Source: a virus
Length of the DNA stretch: 51,663 nt
Virus record (IMG/VR): IMGVR_UViG_3300045988_097328
Strand: one strand, 5' to 3'
Below, in pieces: positions 1 to 9,350 of this stretch. The position numbers and the translations under genes are program-made. The notes under the pieces are model-generated. The model saw only the letters and a program-made list of their open reading frames with translations. It was not told where the DNA came from and ran no database searches. How positions within the stretch are numbered: the stretch's first letter is position 1; each line of letters opens with the position of its first letter.

Positions 1-119
1 ACGACTTGCGGGGCTGCTGTTCGCGTCGAAAAACAATTCCGCGATATGCGCAAAGTCGTGCGTGTCCATCAAAACGTTCTTGTTTTCGTAAAGGGCGACC
101 CTCGTAAAATCAAAAAAGG
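1..119. repeat. terminal direct repeat; bases 1-119 are identical to 51545-51663 (circular contig overlap or terminal redundancy)
   Basis: read directly: acgacttgcggggctgctgttcgcg...cgtaaaatcaaaaaagg is present at both ends. Confidence 0.95.
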
Positions 120-180
120 AGAATACGATTTTGACTTTGCAAGAAACGACGACGCAGAAACAAGTGAAGCTACACAATAA
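1..180 (+). CDS. C-terminal end of the ParB-domain DNA methyltransferase that starts at 50375 (ORF wraps the contig junction)
   Basis: position 1 equals 51545 and is codon phase 1 of the ORF open to 51663; reads ...VRVHQNVLVFVKGDPRK... with TAA at 178-180. Confidence 0.85.
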   Translation, partial: TTCGAAVRVEKQFRDMRKVVRVHQNVLVFVKGDPRKIKKGEYDFDFARNDDAETSEATQ

Positions 181-195
181 TCGAGGTATCCGCCC

Positions 196-951
196 ATGAA
201 GAAAGAGCCTGACGTTGACCTCGACATCCCGGAAATCCACTTCCCCGACACAATCGAGATTGACGACGACATAGACTTCTCCGTCGCCGACTTTTCCATT
301 GTAGACGAGGAAGAGCAGACGCGCATCATAAAGCCCAAGATGGCAAAGTCGGCAATCTACAACAAGGCCGATTTCCAGTATGCCCGCGACCTTGCCTCCA
401 AAATCAGCCTTGAGAAAAACACGCGGACAACCTGCATAGTCCCCGGCAATTTCATCTTTGGCGACCTGCCGGAAGCCCTTGTGATGTATCGCGGCATCGA
501 CCTCAAAACAATCTACTGCTCAACATTGTCGCTATCAGAAAACAACGTGGACAGCTTCAAGAATCTGCTGCTTTTCCGCAACGTGGAGAAAATCAATCTG
601 ATGCTATCCGGCTACTTCTACAGCCACTACAAAACGGATTTAATTCCGTACTTGTACGAAGAGCTGGACATCGACAACAAATTGCAAGTCGCTTTCACAA
701 ACACGCACATGAAAATCCTGCTGATGGAAACGCACAGGGGGAATCATTATGTGTTGACGGGAAGCGCGAATTTGCGGAGCGCATCCTGCTTGGAGCAGTT
801 CGACTTCGAGGAGAACGAGGAGCTTTTCAACTTCTACCGGGAAGCGTTCGACAATCTAATCGACAAGTATAAAACAATCGATTACACGAAACCTAAAATA
901 GTAAGGGGGAATAAAGCATGGCAAGCGGTTCTGGCAAAGGGCGAAAATTAA
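196..951 (+). CDS. PLD-superfamily (single HKD motif) Nuc-like nuclease/phosphodiesterase with an acidic N-terminus
   Basis: 251-aa ORF; HMKILLMETHRGNHYVLTGSANL fits HxK(x4)(D/E)...GSxN. Confidence 0.6.
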   Translation: MKKEPDVDLDIPEIHFPDTIEIDDDIDFSVADFSIVDEEEQTRIIKPKMAKSAIYNKADFQYARDLASKISLEKNTRTTCIVPGNFIFGDLPEALVMYRGIDLKTIYCSTLSLSENNVDSFKNLLLFRNVEKINLMLSGYFYSHYKTDLIPYLYEELDIDNKLQVAFTNTHMKILLMETHRGNHYVLTGSANLRSASCLEQFDFEENEELFNFYREAFDNLIDKYKTIDYTKPKIVRGNKAWQAVLAKGEN

Positions 952-1064
952 CGCTGAAAGGCTCATCGTCCGCAAAGGGCAGACGCAGAAAATACAGTTC
1001 GCGGTTCAAACTCAACCGCGTAACGGGCGAAATCACGAACGAAAAGCGCAGCACGAGGGCTTAA
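918..1064 (+). CDS. small very basic ORF (48 aa) overlapping the end of the PLD gene
   Basis: below the 60-aa track cutoff; AAGGGGGA 7 nt upstream of ATG 918; MASGSGKGRKLTLKG...; TAA 1062-1064. Confidence 0.3.
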   Translation: MASGSGKGRKLTLKGSSSAKGRRRKYSSRFKLNRVTGEITNEKRSTRA

Positions 1065-1086
1065 GCAATCAGGGAGGCGATAATGC

Positions 1087-1728
1087 ATGGAGTTCTCGCG
1101 TCTTTACGAGAATCTTTCCAAGTGGTTCCCTTCTCCATCCGAATGTGCAGGAGCGTATGACATCCCGGTTATCGCGCCAACAAGTGAACCAGACGTGATG
1201 GAGTGGATTCCATTCAACGACCTGTCCAAGCCTTTTAAGGCGACGCAGGGCATACATATGTTCGTGGACGACTACCGCATGAAGCGTCTATGGGCGCAAC
1301 CAGACAGGTATCTTGCGATTTTGGAGCTTGCCGGGTGCGTCGCATCGCCGGACTTCTCCATCTATCAGGACACGCCCGAAGCGCTGAACATATATTGCCA
1401 CTACATGAAGCACTGGCTTGCGGCTTATTGGCAATCATACGGCATCAAGGTAATCCCTACAATCTGCTGGGGAAGCAAAAAGACGTTCAGTTGGTGTTTT
1501 GACGGAGAGCCGACGAACGCACCGGTAATCGTTTCATCCGTCGGAACGCAAAAAAATCCAGAAAGCGCAAAAGCATTTTTGGATGGGTACAACACGATGC
1601 TGGAGCGACTATCACCAACTATAATTCTGCTTTACGGGAAAAAGCCGAAAGAATGCACGGGTAATATCGTAGAAATCGCGCCATTCTACGACAGCGTTGT
1701 CAGGAGGAGAAAAAATGTTTCAGTTTAG
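1087..1728 (+). CDS. DUF4417-like protein
   Basis: 213 aa; GIHMFVDDYRMKRLWAQPDRYL...SPDFSIYQDTP...YGIKVIPTICWG matches my memory of DUF4417. Confidence 0.55.
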   Translation: MEFSRLYENLSKWFPSPSECAGAYDIPVIAPTSEPDVMEWIPFNDLSKPFKATQGIHMFVDDYRMKRLWAQPDRYLAILELAGCVASPDFSIYQDTPEALNIYCHYMKHWLAAYWQSYGIKVIPTICWGSKKTFSWCFDGEPTNAPVIVSSVGTQKNPESAKAFLDGYNTMLERLSPTIILLYGKKPKECTGNIVEIAPFYDSVVRRRKNVSV

Positions 1729-1879
1729 GTTGCAAGCGTGGGGGGGGGAGAGGCGGCAGCCTTTCGGCGAAAAACACTTCTTCCACATATGTTTCCGGTG
1801 GTAAAGTCGCAACCGTCGAATACTACAACCCAAATAACGGCTCACGCATCGAAAAAATCCGGACATTCGCCAACAATGA
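1715..1879 (+). CDS. small ORF (54 aa) carrying the only strong RBS in this interval; possibly the true 5' part of the next gene
   Basis: AGGAGGAG 5-6 nt before ATG 1715; below the track cutoff; ends TGA 1877-1879; overlaps the stop of the DUF4417 gene. Confidence 0.4.
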
Positions 1880-1886
1880 CGGGTTT

Positions 1887-2267
1887 GTGAAAGACTTGGA
1901 AGTGTTTACAACATCAAATCTGGCTAAAAAACAATATGACGTGGTTGTACCACTTCGTATTTTGACCTGGAGAGAAGAGACTCCGTATCTTGGAAGCAGT
2001 AAGGAAGGTTTTACGCTGGGTAGAAAAACAGGGAGGTCGGAAACAGCTCATATCGGCATCAATGTCAACACGCCGAAGGGTGTATCTGAAAAGCAAGAGG
2101 CAGATGCCAAAAAGGCTGCAATAAGAATGATGCAACGAAGCGCCGAGCATTTCGTCAACGGTGTTGCATACAGGCAAACGACGCTTGAAAATCTTGGAGA
2201 AGTGTTCAAGAAGCAGCCTGCACTCTCTGCGATGCAGACGTTAGAATTAAATAGTAAAATCAGGTAA
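1887..2267 (+). CDS. hypothetical protein (126 aa from GTG 1887; frame is open back to about 1731, with an in-frame ATG at 1788)
   Basis: track ORF; no convincing RBS before 1887 or 1788. Confidence 0.45.
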   Translation: MKDLEVFTTSNLAKKQYDVVVPLRILTWREETPYLGSSKEGFTLGRKTGRSETAHIGINVNTPKGVSEKQEADAKKAAIRMMQRSAEHFVNGVAYRQTTLENLGEVFKKQPALSAMQTLELNSKIR

Positions 2268-2282
2268 TCAGGCGGTGAGTAA

Positions 2283-2690
2283 ATGCCAACGGAACAGGAA
2301 ACAAAACAGTATCCGCACGGGAAACATCCTAACAGCCTTGCGAATCTCAAAAAGGGAAAGCGCTTCGGGACTGGCGAGGGAAATACGCTGAACGCGCGAG
2401 ACGAAAACAAAAAGTCCGTCGCAGTTCGGAACGGCAACAAGACATTGCGTGAATTTGCGATTGACTTTGCAGATAAGCCGATGAAAAACGGAATAACATT
2501 CAAGGAAGCGTACATCATGCGCCTTGCAAAAATGGCTGCCGATGGTAACCTTGCCGCTATGCAGTTTTTCGCAAAACTCATCGGGGAAGACCCCGGCGAC
2601 ACCGTGACCGTCAAAACGCCGCAGTTGTCCGAGGACGCGAAAGCCGACATTGACAAGCTGCTGAAAGAGACGCGGGGAGAAGTAAAATGA
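2283..2690 (+). CDS. terS: terminase small subunit candidate
   Basis: 135 aa directly upstream of and overlapping TerL (ATGA overlap); basic N-terminus HPNSLANLKKGKRFG. Confidence 0.55.
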   Translation: MPTEQETKQYPHGKHPNSLANLKKGKRFGTGEGNTLNARDENKKSVAVRNGNKTLREFAIDFADKPMKNGITFKEAYIMRLAKMAADGNLAAMQFFAKLIGEDPGDTVTVKTPQLSEDAKADIDKLLKETRGEVK

Positions 2691-3958
2691 CGACGCTGAC
2701 GCGGGATGAAGTGTGGAACATCTGGCGATACCATCCCGCCGCCGTCGGAAGAATGTGCGGATTCCGTGACTTAACAGACGACCTTCACGGACGCTGGATG
2801 CAGCACATCATCTTCGGAGCAGAGGATTACACGCTTCAAGCGCACCGCTTATCCTACAAATCTTCCTGCCTTTCCGTTGCGCTTGCAATGTGGTGCGTTC
2901 TAAATCACGGCAAAAACGCGATTTTCATGCGCAAGACCGACAGCGACGTTGTGGAGAGCATTGCGCAAGCGAAAAAGGTATTCGCGAACGAAGCTTTTTG
3001 CTACATGGCGCAAATCCTCATGCAGCAGGATGTTCAACTGCTGAAATCAGGCGGAAACTGTATGACGGTGAGCGTGTACGATTCGCCGCGTGGCGCTGAC
3101 CAGCTAATCGGCATCGGCTGCGGTTCTTCCATGACGGGCAAGCACGCTGATTTGATTGTTTGCGACGACGTGGTAAACCTCAACGACCGCATCAGCCGGG
3201 CAGAACGAGAGCGCACCAAGGGCGTTATACAGGAGCTGCGAAACATCGTCACCCGCGACGGGCGAATCGTCTTCATCGGCACACCGTGGCACATCGAGGA
3301 CGCGTTCACGCTGGTTGCGCCGCCGGAGAAGCACGACTGCTACACGACCGGGTTGATTGTGCCGGAGAAGCTGGAAGAACTGCGGAAATCAATGTCGCCG
3401 TCTCTGTTTGCCGCGAACTACGAGTTGCGCCACATTGCCGCCGAAAATGCGCTGTTCGACACGCCGCCGACGTTCACGCCGGAAGCGGAAAAGCTGCGGG
3501 ACGGCATCGCGCACGTTGATGCTGCCTATGGCGGCGAGGACTACACCGCGCTGACGTGCGCCAAGAGGGACGGCGACACGCTGTACTTGTACGGGCGCTT
3601 GTGGCGCAAGCACGTTGACACGCTGATGGACGCACTGCAATCGGAGACGGAGCGCCTAATGTGCGCCCCGATTTACTGTGAGACAAACGGCGACAAGGGT
3701 TATTTGGCGCGGGAATTGCGCCGCCGCAATATGGCAGTACGCGCATACCCGGAGAAAATGAACAAGTACCTAAAAATCAGCACATACCTCAAAAAATGGT
3801 GGGGAAATATCGTGTTTTTGGAAGGCACAGACAGGGATTATATCGCGCAGATTATGGACTACACCGAGGACGCGGAGCATGACGACGCGCCGGACAGCGC
3901 CGCGTGCTGCTGCCGGATTCTCGACAGGAGCGGCGCGAGCTTATATGTTGGGGGGTGA
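2687..3958 (+). CDS. terL: terminase large subunit
   Basis: 423 aa; ATPase Walker-B-like HADLIVCDDVVN, nuclease region FIGTPWH...; lies between TerS and portal. Confidence 0.9.
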   Translation: MTTLTRDEVWNIWRYHPAAVGRMCGFRDLTDDLHGRWMQHIIFGAEDYTLQAHRLSYKSSCLSVALAMWCVLNHGKNAIFMRKTDSDVVESIAQAKKVFANEAFCYMAQILMQQDVQLLKSGGNCMTVSVYDSPRGADQLIGIGCGSSMTGKHADLIVCDDVVNLNDRISRAERERTKGVIQELRNIVTRDGRIVFIGTPWHIEDAFTLVAPPEKHDCYTTGLIVPEKLEELRKSMSPSLFAANYELRHIAAENALFDTPPTFTPEAEKLRDGIAHVDAAYGGEDYTALTCAKRDGDTLYLYGRLWRKHVDTLMDALQSETERLMCAPIYCETNGDKGYLARELRRRNMAVRAYPEKMNKYLKISTYLKKWWGNIVFLEGTDRDYIAQIMDYTEDAEHDDAPDSAACCCRILDRSGASLYVGG

Positions 3959-3963
3959 TACAG

Positions 3964-5436
3964 ATGTTCACAAAAATCACGTGGCAGGACTGGCAGAACG
4001 AGCCGGATAAAGCAAAGGCAACGCTGGCGGTTATTGGTGCATACAAACGCAGCGAGGACTTTAACAAGGCGGGAATCGCGCAACGATACTACGAGGCGCG
4101 GAACGACACCGTTTCCGCGAAAGTCGTGCTGCGAGCCACAACGTCGGAGACGGAGCAGACCACCGCCGACGGGAAAAAGGTCAAAAAGAAGGGGACGGCG
4201 ACGGAAGCAGTCCCCGGACAGCGCATTTACAGCGACTTTTTCCGCCGCTTTACCATGCAACAGGCGAATTATCTGCTTGGAAACGGCGTTGAGCTGGAAG
4301 ACGACGCAATGAAGGGCAAGTTAGGAATCGGGTTCGACACGACGCTTGCGAAAATCGGACTGTATGCGCTGGTGCATGGCGTTTGCTGGGGCTATTGGAA
4401 TCTCGACCACGTTGAGATTCTGCGAGCGTACACGGACAAAAATAGCGGGTTCGTGGCGCTGCTGGACGAGCTGACGGGCGAACCGATGGTTGGGGTGCAG
4501 TTCTGGCAGATTGGCGACGACAAGCCGCTGATGGCGCGTGTTTTTGAGCCGGACGGCGTGACGGTCTACAAAACGCGCGAAAATGCCTCTGATTTGGAGG
4601 TTGCGCAGGAAAAACGCGCCTACAAACGGACGTATGCGAGGGACATCACAGGCGAGCGCCTTGTGTCCGAGGAGAATTATAGTGCACTGCCGATTGTGCC
4701 GCTATACGCCAACGACAAGAAGCAGACGGAGCTGACGCTGGCGATTCGCTCAAAAATAGACATGTACGACATCGTTCTTTCCGACTTTGGAAACAATCTG
4801 GAAAAGGCGAACGATGTTTACTGGGTGCTTAATAACTTCGGGGGCAACTTCGACGAGGTTGCGCTGATGCTGGAACAGATTCACCGACTGAAAGCAATCG
4901 CGAACATTTCGGACGGTACGTCATCCAGCACGGTAACGCCGGAGACGTTTGAAGTGCCGTATGCCGCGCGTCAAACCGCGCTGGAACTGCTGGAACGGCA
5001 GCTATACCGCGATTATATGGCGCTGGATGTGTCGGAGCTGACGGGCGGAAGCCTAACGAACGTTGCAATTCGGGCAAGCATGGCGAATCTGGACTTGAAG
5101 GCGAACGCCTACGAATGGCAGTGCTTTGATTTCGTGCAGAAACTGCTTCGGATTCTGGGCATCGAGACCGAAACAATCCGCTTCAAGCGTCAGACGATTG
5201 CCAACGAGAGCGAAATTATCCAGAACATCTACACCGCGCAGGGCGATTTGGACAAGGAGACGCGATTGAAGCTGAACCCGATGATTCTGTCGGAGGAAAT
5301 CGACGACATCATGAAGCGTGGGGAGGAAGAATCGCTCCTTGGCATCCGCATGGCGCAACAGGCGATGCAGAAGACAGACGAGGAGGAAGAAGATGCTGTA
5401 TCTGATGGTGATTCTTCAAGTGCTGGCGGCAAATAA
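3964..5436 (+). CDS. portal protein (SPP1 gp6-like)
   Basis: internal ATG 3964 of track ORF 3904-5436, 6 nt after the TerL stop, GGGGGTG RBS; about 490 aa with an acidic C-terminus; synteny. Confidence 0.85.
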   Translation: MFTKITWQDWQNEPDKAKATLAVIGAYKRSEDFNKAGIAQRYYEARNDTVSAKVVLRATTSETEQTTADGKKVKKKGTATEAVPGQRIYSDFFRRFTMQQANYLLGNGVELEDDAMKGKLGIGFDTTLAKIGLYALVHGVCWGYWNLDHVEILRAYTDKNSGFVALLDELTGEPMVGVQFWQIGDDKPLMARVFEPDGVTVYKTRENASDLEVAQEKRAYKRTYARDITGERLVSEENYSALPIVPLYANDKKQTELTLAIRSKIDMYDIVLSDFGNNLEKANDVYWVLNNFGGNFDEVALMLEQIHRLKAIANISDGTSSSTVTPETFEVPYAARQTALELLERQLYRDYMALDVSELTGGSLTNVAIRASMANLDLKANAYEWQCFDFVQKLLRILGIETETIRFKRQTIANESEIIQNIYTAQGDLDKETRLKLNPMILSEEIDDIMKRGEEESLLGIRMAQQAMQKTDEEEEDAVSDGDSSSAGGK

Positions 5437-5548
5437 CGTCATCGTTCCGGACTGGCTTTTGTGCATCGGCTGGTGGCTGGTGGCGGTTCGACTTATCTTG
5501 CGCGTCCTGATTGCATTTTTTGATGTTGGGGAGACGGGCAAGCCGTGA
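5393..5548 (+). CDS. small hydrophobic protein (51 aa) overlapping the portal 3' end
   Basis: GAGGAGGAAGAAG then ATG 5393; MLYLMVILQVLAANNVIVPDWLLCIGWWLVAV... Confidence 0.3.
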   Translation: MLYLMVILQVLAANNVIVPDWLLCIGWWLVAVRLILRVLIAFFDVGETGKP

Positions 5549-6459
5549 CGGACGTGGAGCGCAACGACTTGCGCGAAGCCGCACTGCAAATGCGCATAAA
5601 GGCGATGTACCAAGAGGCGCTTGATATCGCCACGGAGCGCCTGAAAGACTTCTTGCGGAAAAAGCAACAAGTGGACGATGGCAAGATAAAGCCGCCCGCG
5701 TACTACGACACGCCGGAAAAGGTAGAGCGGTGGAAAGCGGGTTTTGTCCGCGAACTCATCCGCCAATATCGCGTGGAAGAAGTCATCATGGAGGAAATCT
5801 GCAAGGCAGGGAAACGGGCAACCGACGACATCCGGAACACGATGGGCGACGTGTACGCCGACAGCTTGGGAGAGGCGCAAACCGTCATTGAGGCGCAAGC
5901 AGACCGCGCGGGTATCAAGGTGTCATTCGCGCAGCCAAACAAACGAGAAATCAAGGCGATTTTCGCCGCGAACGAGACAGCGTTCACAAAGCTGGCGTAC
6001 AAGAATCTGGGGCAGAACACCGAAATTCGCCACAAGCTGCAAAACGCGCTGGCGCTTTCGTCCACGCTGGGCGAGGACAGGAAGAAACTGATGAACCGCA
6101 TCAGCGACATCACAGGACAGAGCGAGTGGCAAGCGCGGAGAGTAGCGCAGACGGAACGGACGCGTTCACAGAGCCAAGCGAGTTATGCCGCATCGCAGGA
6201 AGCAGCAGACCAAGGCGTGACGGTCTACAATAAATGGTTTTGCCGCTTCCAGAATAGCCGTGAGGCGCATATGGCACGGCACGGCAAGATGGCGAAGCAG
6301 GGCGAGTGCTTCCCGAACAGCAACATCCGCTTTCCTGGCGACCCGAACGGAAGCGCAGCGGAAACAATCAATTGCTACTGCATGATTATGCCGAAAGTCA
6401 TCCTGTCCACCGAGTATGTAGACGCAGATGGAAACATCCGAAAGAAGGGAAAGGAATGA
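5545..6459 (+). CDS. head morphogenesis protein (Mu F / SPP1 gp7 family)
   Basis: 304 aa; ...WQARRVAQTERTRSQS... plus a C-terminal Cys/His-containing region; follows the portal. Confidence 0.8.
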   Translation: MTDVERNDLREAALQMRIKAMYQEALDIATERLKDFLRKKQQVDDGKIKPPAYYDTPEKVERWKAGFVRELIRQYRVEEVIMEEICKAGKRATDDIRNTMGDVYADSLGEAQTVIEAQADRAGIKVSFAQPNKREIKAIFAANETAFTKLAYKNLGQNTEIRHKLQNALALSSTLGEDRKKLMNRISDITGQSEWQARRVAQTERTRSQSQASYAASQEAADQGVTVYNKWFCRFQNSREAHMARHGKMAKQGECFPNSNIRFPGDPNGSAAETINCYCMIMPKVILSTEYVDADGNIRKKGKE

Positions 6460-6875
6460 GCGGCTTTGTAGACCACACGCCGGAAATCAATCAAAAGCTG
6501 GAACAGGCAATGTTTGTCGGGCTTTTGGCGGTTGCACAAGAATCCGTCGGCATGGTGCGCGAGAAGATGGTGACAGGCTATGAGCATAAGGTCTACGACA
6601 CTGGCAATCTGGCGAGAAGCATCACCGCCGACATCGACCCCGACAACAACGAAGTAACCATCGGCACAAACGTCGAGTACGCGCATTATGTACACGATGG
6701 GCACGCGGGACACGCCGTTTTCTTTCCCAAGCTGGGCGACAAAGGCGAGTTTCGCGTCATGCCGGGAGGGTACACACCAGGCAGACCGTTCATGACGGAC
6801 ACGTTCGCAGATTCCGCAAACGCGGAACGCCTTGTGGACATCATGGCGGATGTAATCAAACAAAACATGGACTAA
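6456..6875 (+). CDS. HK97 gp10-like structural protein
   Basis: ATG 6456 overlaps the previous stop (ATGA); YDTGNLARSITADI...VTIGTNVEYAHYVHDG resembles gp10-family motifs. Confidence 0.5.
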   Translation: MSGFVDHTPEINQKLEQAMFVGLLAVAQESVGMVREKMVTGYEHKVYDTGNLARSITADIDPDNNEVTIGTNVEYAHYVHDGHAGHAVFFPKLGDKGEFRVMPGGYTPGRPFMTDTFADSANAERLVDIMADVIKQNMD

Positions 6876-7007
6876 TAACAGCAACATCAGCGCATGGCAA
6901 AGAACCGCCGTGCGCTGTTTGCATATAAGCGGAAAGGCAAAGCACCGCATTTCCGCAAACAATCAAAGGCGCAAAGCACCGCGCCCCGAAGCAAAGGAGA
7001 TTGAATC

Positions 7008-7604
7008 ATGAACATCCTCACCCGGAAAAACCTGAAAGCCCTGAATGTGCCTGATGAAGCGATTGACGCGATTGTGGAAGCCCACAGCGACGCAATCAAC
7101 GACATCAAGGCGGAGCGCGACAAGTACGCGGAACAGGCGAAGCAGATTGCAGCGCTGACCACGGAGCGCGACACGCTCAAGCAGCAGCTTGCCGACGCGC
7201 AGAAGAGCGGCGGCGACGCGCAGAAGATTCAGGAGGCGTTCGATGCCTACAAGCAGCAAGTGGAAACGGAAAAGAAAACCGCGACGCTGACAACCGCCGC
7301 AAGAAAGCTGCTGACCAGCAAAGGGATGCAAGAGAAACTTGCAGACCTTGTGATGGCAAAGCGCGGACTGGACGGAATCGAACTCGACGACAAGGGCGCA
7401 ATCAAGGACGGCGACAAGCTGATTGACGCGCTCAAGGGCGAGTATGGCGACCTTTTCTCCACGCAGCAGCAGCAGGGTACACCTACCACAACCCCGCCGA
7501 GCGGCGGCAATGCCACGCACGGCAGCGGACGCGCCGCAGCACTGGCGGCGAAGTACGCGCAAGATATGTATGGCGCAGTTGCGCCGGAAGGAGCAAACAA
7601 ATGA
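7008..7604 (+). CDS. scaffolding protein
   Basis: 198 aa, coiled-coil rich (AERDKYAEQAKQIAALTTERDTLKQQL), immediately upstream of capsid genes. Confidence 0.7.
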   Translation: MNILTRKNLKALNVPDEAIDAIVEAHSDAINDIKAERDKYAEQAKQIAALTTERDTLKQQLADAQKSGGDAQKIQEAFDAYKQQVETEKKTATLTTAARKLLTSKGMQEKLADLVMAKRGLDGIELDDKGAIKDGDKLIDALKGEYGDLFSTQQQQGTPTTTPPSGGNATHGSGRAAALAAKYAQDMYGAVAPEGANK

Positions 7605-7960
7605 GTTTTACCAGCAAGGCAACCGGGACTGTTTACCAGCCCGGTTATTTTCTTGAAAACGCGGAAGACGCAATCCGCGAAACCAAGCAGATTAAGCAGT
7701 CGGACGCTACAACCGCCGAAAACGGCGCGAAGTACGTCAAGATGGGGACTGTTTACCCCGCGAATGACGGCACTGCCGTCGGCATCGTGTACGAGGACGT
7801 GGACGTTACAAGCGGCGATATGCCCGGCAGCGTCGTGACGCGCGGCACGGTTTACGAGAGCCGTCTCCCCGTCGCAATCAACAGCACCGCCAAGAGCGCG
7901 CTGACGGCAAAGGGCTTCTACTTCATCGCCGCCGAAGCCGCGACGGTTCGCCCGTACTGA
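7601..7960 (+). CDS. hypothetical head protein (in the position of a decoration or head-fibre protein)
   Basis: 119 aa, ATGA overlap with the scaffold gene, lies between scaffold and major capsid. Confidence 0.5.
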   Translation: MSFTSKATGTVYQPGYFLENAEDAIRETKQIKQSDATTAENGAKYVKMGTVYPANDGTAVGIVYEDVDVTSGDMPGSVVTRGTVYESRLPVAINSTAKSALTAKGFYFIAAEAATVRPY

Positions 7961-7975
7961 CGAAAGGAGAATACT

Positions 7976-9334
7976 ATGCAGATTCCGTCTTTTGAGAACA
8001 ATATTTTCGGTCTTATCCCCAAGGAGGAGTGGCTGGACGTTGGCTTTAACGTCACTCGTCCGAACGACCCGGTTGATGCGCTGTTTCCCGACGAATACAG
8101 TGAAAATCTCGTGGCTAAGTGGCAGGAGATTGCCAACCAGTACCAGCTTCCCGTGATGGCTGACTTCCACAGCTTCGACAGCCGGACGAACATCGCCACC
8201 CGCATCCCAGTCGATACGCACAGCATTGAAAAGGGACTGATTAAGGTAAAGATTAACCAGTCCGAGCGTATGCGTGCGCTGCTACGTTCCGGCGTGCAGA
8301 ATGACGCTATGTATGACTACGTTATCCGAGACGGCATCACGCTTGCCGACCAAGTTGTTACGCGAACCAAGGTTGCGAAGAACGAGGTTCTGGCGACTGG
8401 CAAGATGACCATCAAGGAAAACAACCTCGACCTGACCATCGACTACGGCGTGAAGCCGGAACAGACGGAGTTCACGTTCGATTTCAGCGAGGACGCGGAC
8501 ATCCCGGCACAGATTCAGTTCGTGGTGGATACCGCGCTGGACGCTGGCACGACGCTGGACACCATCGTAACGAGCCGCAAGGTTATCAACAAGATTCGCG
8601 CAAACAGCGCAATCCAGAAGCGCATCAACGGCACGTTGAGCGAGGGCGCATATGTAAGTAACGCCGCGCTGAATACGTTCTTCTCCACGGAGTACGGCAT
8701 CAACCGCGTTATCACTAACGATTTGCAGTACGCCATTGATGGCGGCATCGGCGCGGACGGGCGACCGATTCGCACCACGAAGCGCTATTTCCCGCAGGAC
8801 AAGATGACGTTCATTGGAACGGGCAACGCCATGACGCGCATCGGCGCGGGCTTGTGGGGACAGACCCCGGAAGAAACGGTCAATACTGCCAACACGGGTC
8901 TCAACGTCAACCAGTCCGGTCAGCACCGCTATGTGATGGTGTCGCAGTGGGTGGAGAACGACCCCGTTGTTCTTTGGACGCGGGCATCCGGCTTGTTCAT
9001 GCCCGTTATCTTCAATCCGCAGAGCATCTGGATTGCAACCATCACGGACGCGGCGACAGGTCAGTTGACGGTTTCTTCCGCCGCTGGCACGGGCAAGGGC
9101 AACACGAAGCTGACTGTCAGCCCCGCGAAGGAATCCAGCTCCAACCTGTACAAGGTGAAAGCTGGTACGACCGCGCCGACTGCGACCTATGGACAGAATG
9201 TGCGCACTTGGAGTAACTGGGACGGCACGTCTGACCTTGCCATTGCTACCGGGCAGAAGGTGACGGTTGCGGAATGCACCAGCGACTACCGCGTGATTCG
9301 CTCCGGCAGCGCGACGGTGACGGCAGCGACCTAA
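7976..9334 (+). CDS. major capsid protein with a roughly 90-aa C-terminal beta-rich (Ig-like?) extension
   Basis: 452 aa, strong RBS (AAAGGAGA); position after scaffold; N-terminal 350 aa resemble the phage capsid E-like family by memory. Confidence 0.8.
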   Translation: MQIPSFENNIFGLIPKEEWLDVGFNVTRPNDPVDALFPDEYSENLVAKWQEIANQYQLPVMADFHSFDSRTNIATRIPVDTHSIEKGLIKVKINQSERMRALLRSGVQNDAMYDYVIRDGITLADQVVTRTKVAKNEVLATGKMTIKENNLDLTIDYGVKPEQTEFTFDFSEDADIPAQIQFVVDTALDAGTTLDTIVTSRKVINKIRANSAIQKRINGTLSEGAYVSNAALNTFFSTEYGINRVITNDLQYAIDGGIGADGRPIRTTKRYFPQDKMTFIGTGNAMTRIGAGLWGQTPEETVNTANTGLNVNQSGQHRYVMVSQWVENDPVVLWTRASGLFMPVIFNPQSIWIATITDAATGQLTVSSAAGTGKGNTKLTVSPAKESSSNLYKVKAGTTAPTATYGQNVRTWSNWDGTSDLAIATGQKVTVAECTSDYRVIRSGSATVTAAT

Positions 9335-9350
9335 TAATGGAGGTGGAAAC

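Noticed and set aside
3904-3963. Upstream extension of the portal ORF
   Set aside because: It overlaps the TerL 3' end. The ATG at 3964 has an RBS and follows the TerL stop by 6 nt.
6894-7004. 36-aa very basic ORF between the gp10-like and scaffold genes
   Set aside because: It has no RBS, and it ends inside the scaffold gene's RBS region. It is more likely intergenic.
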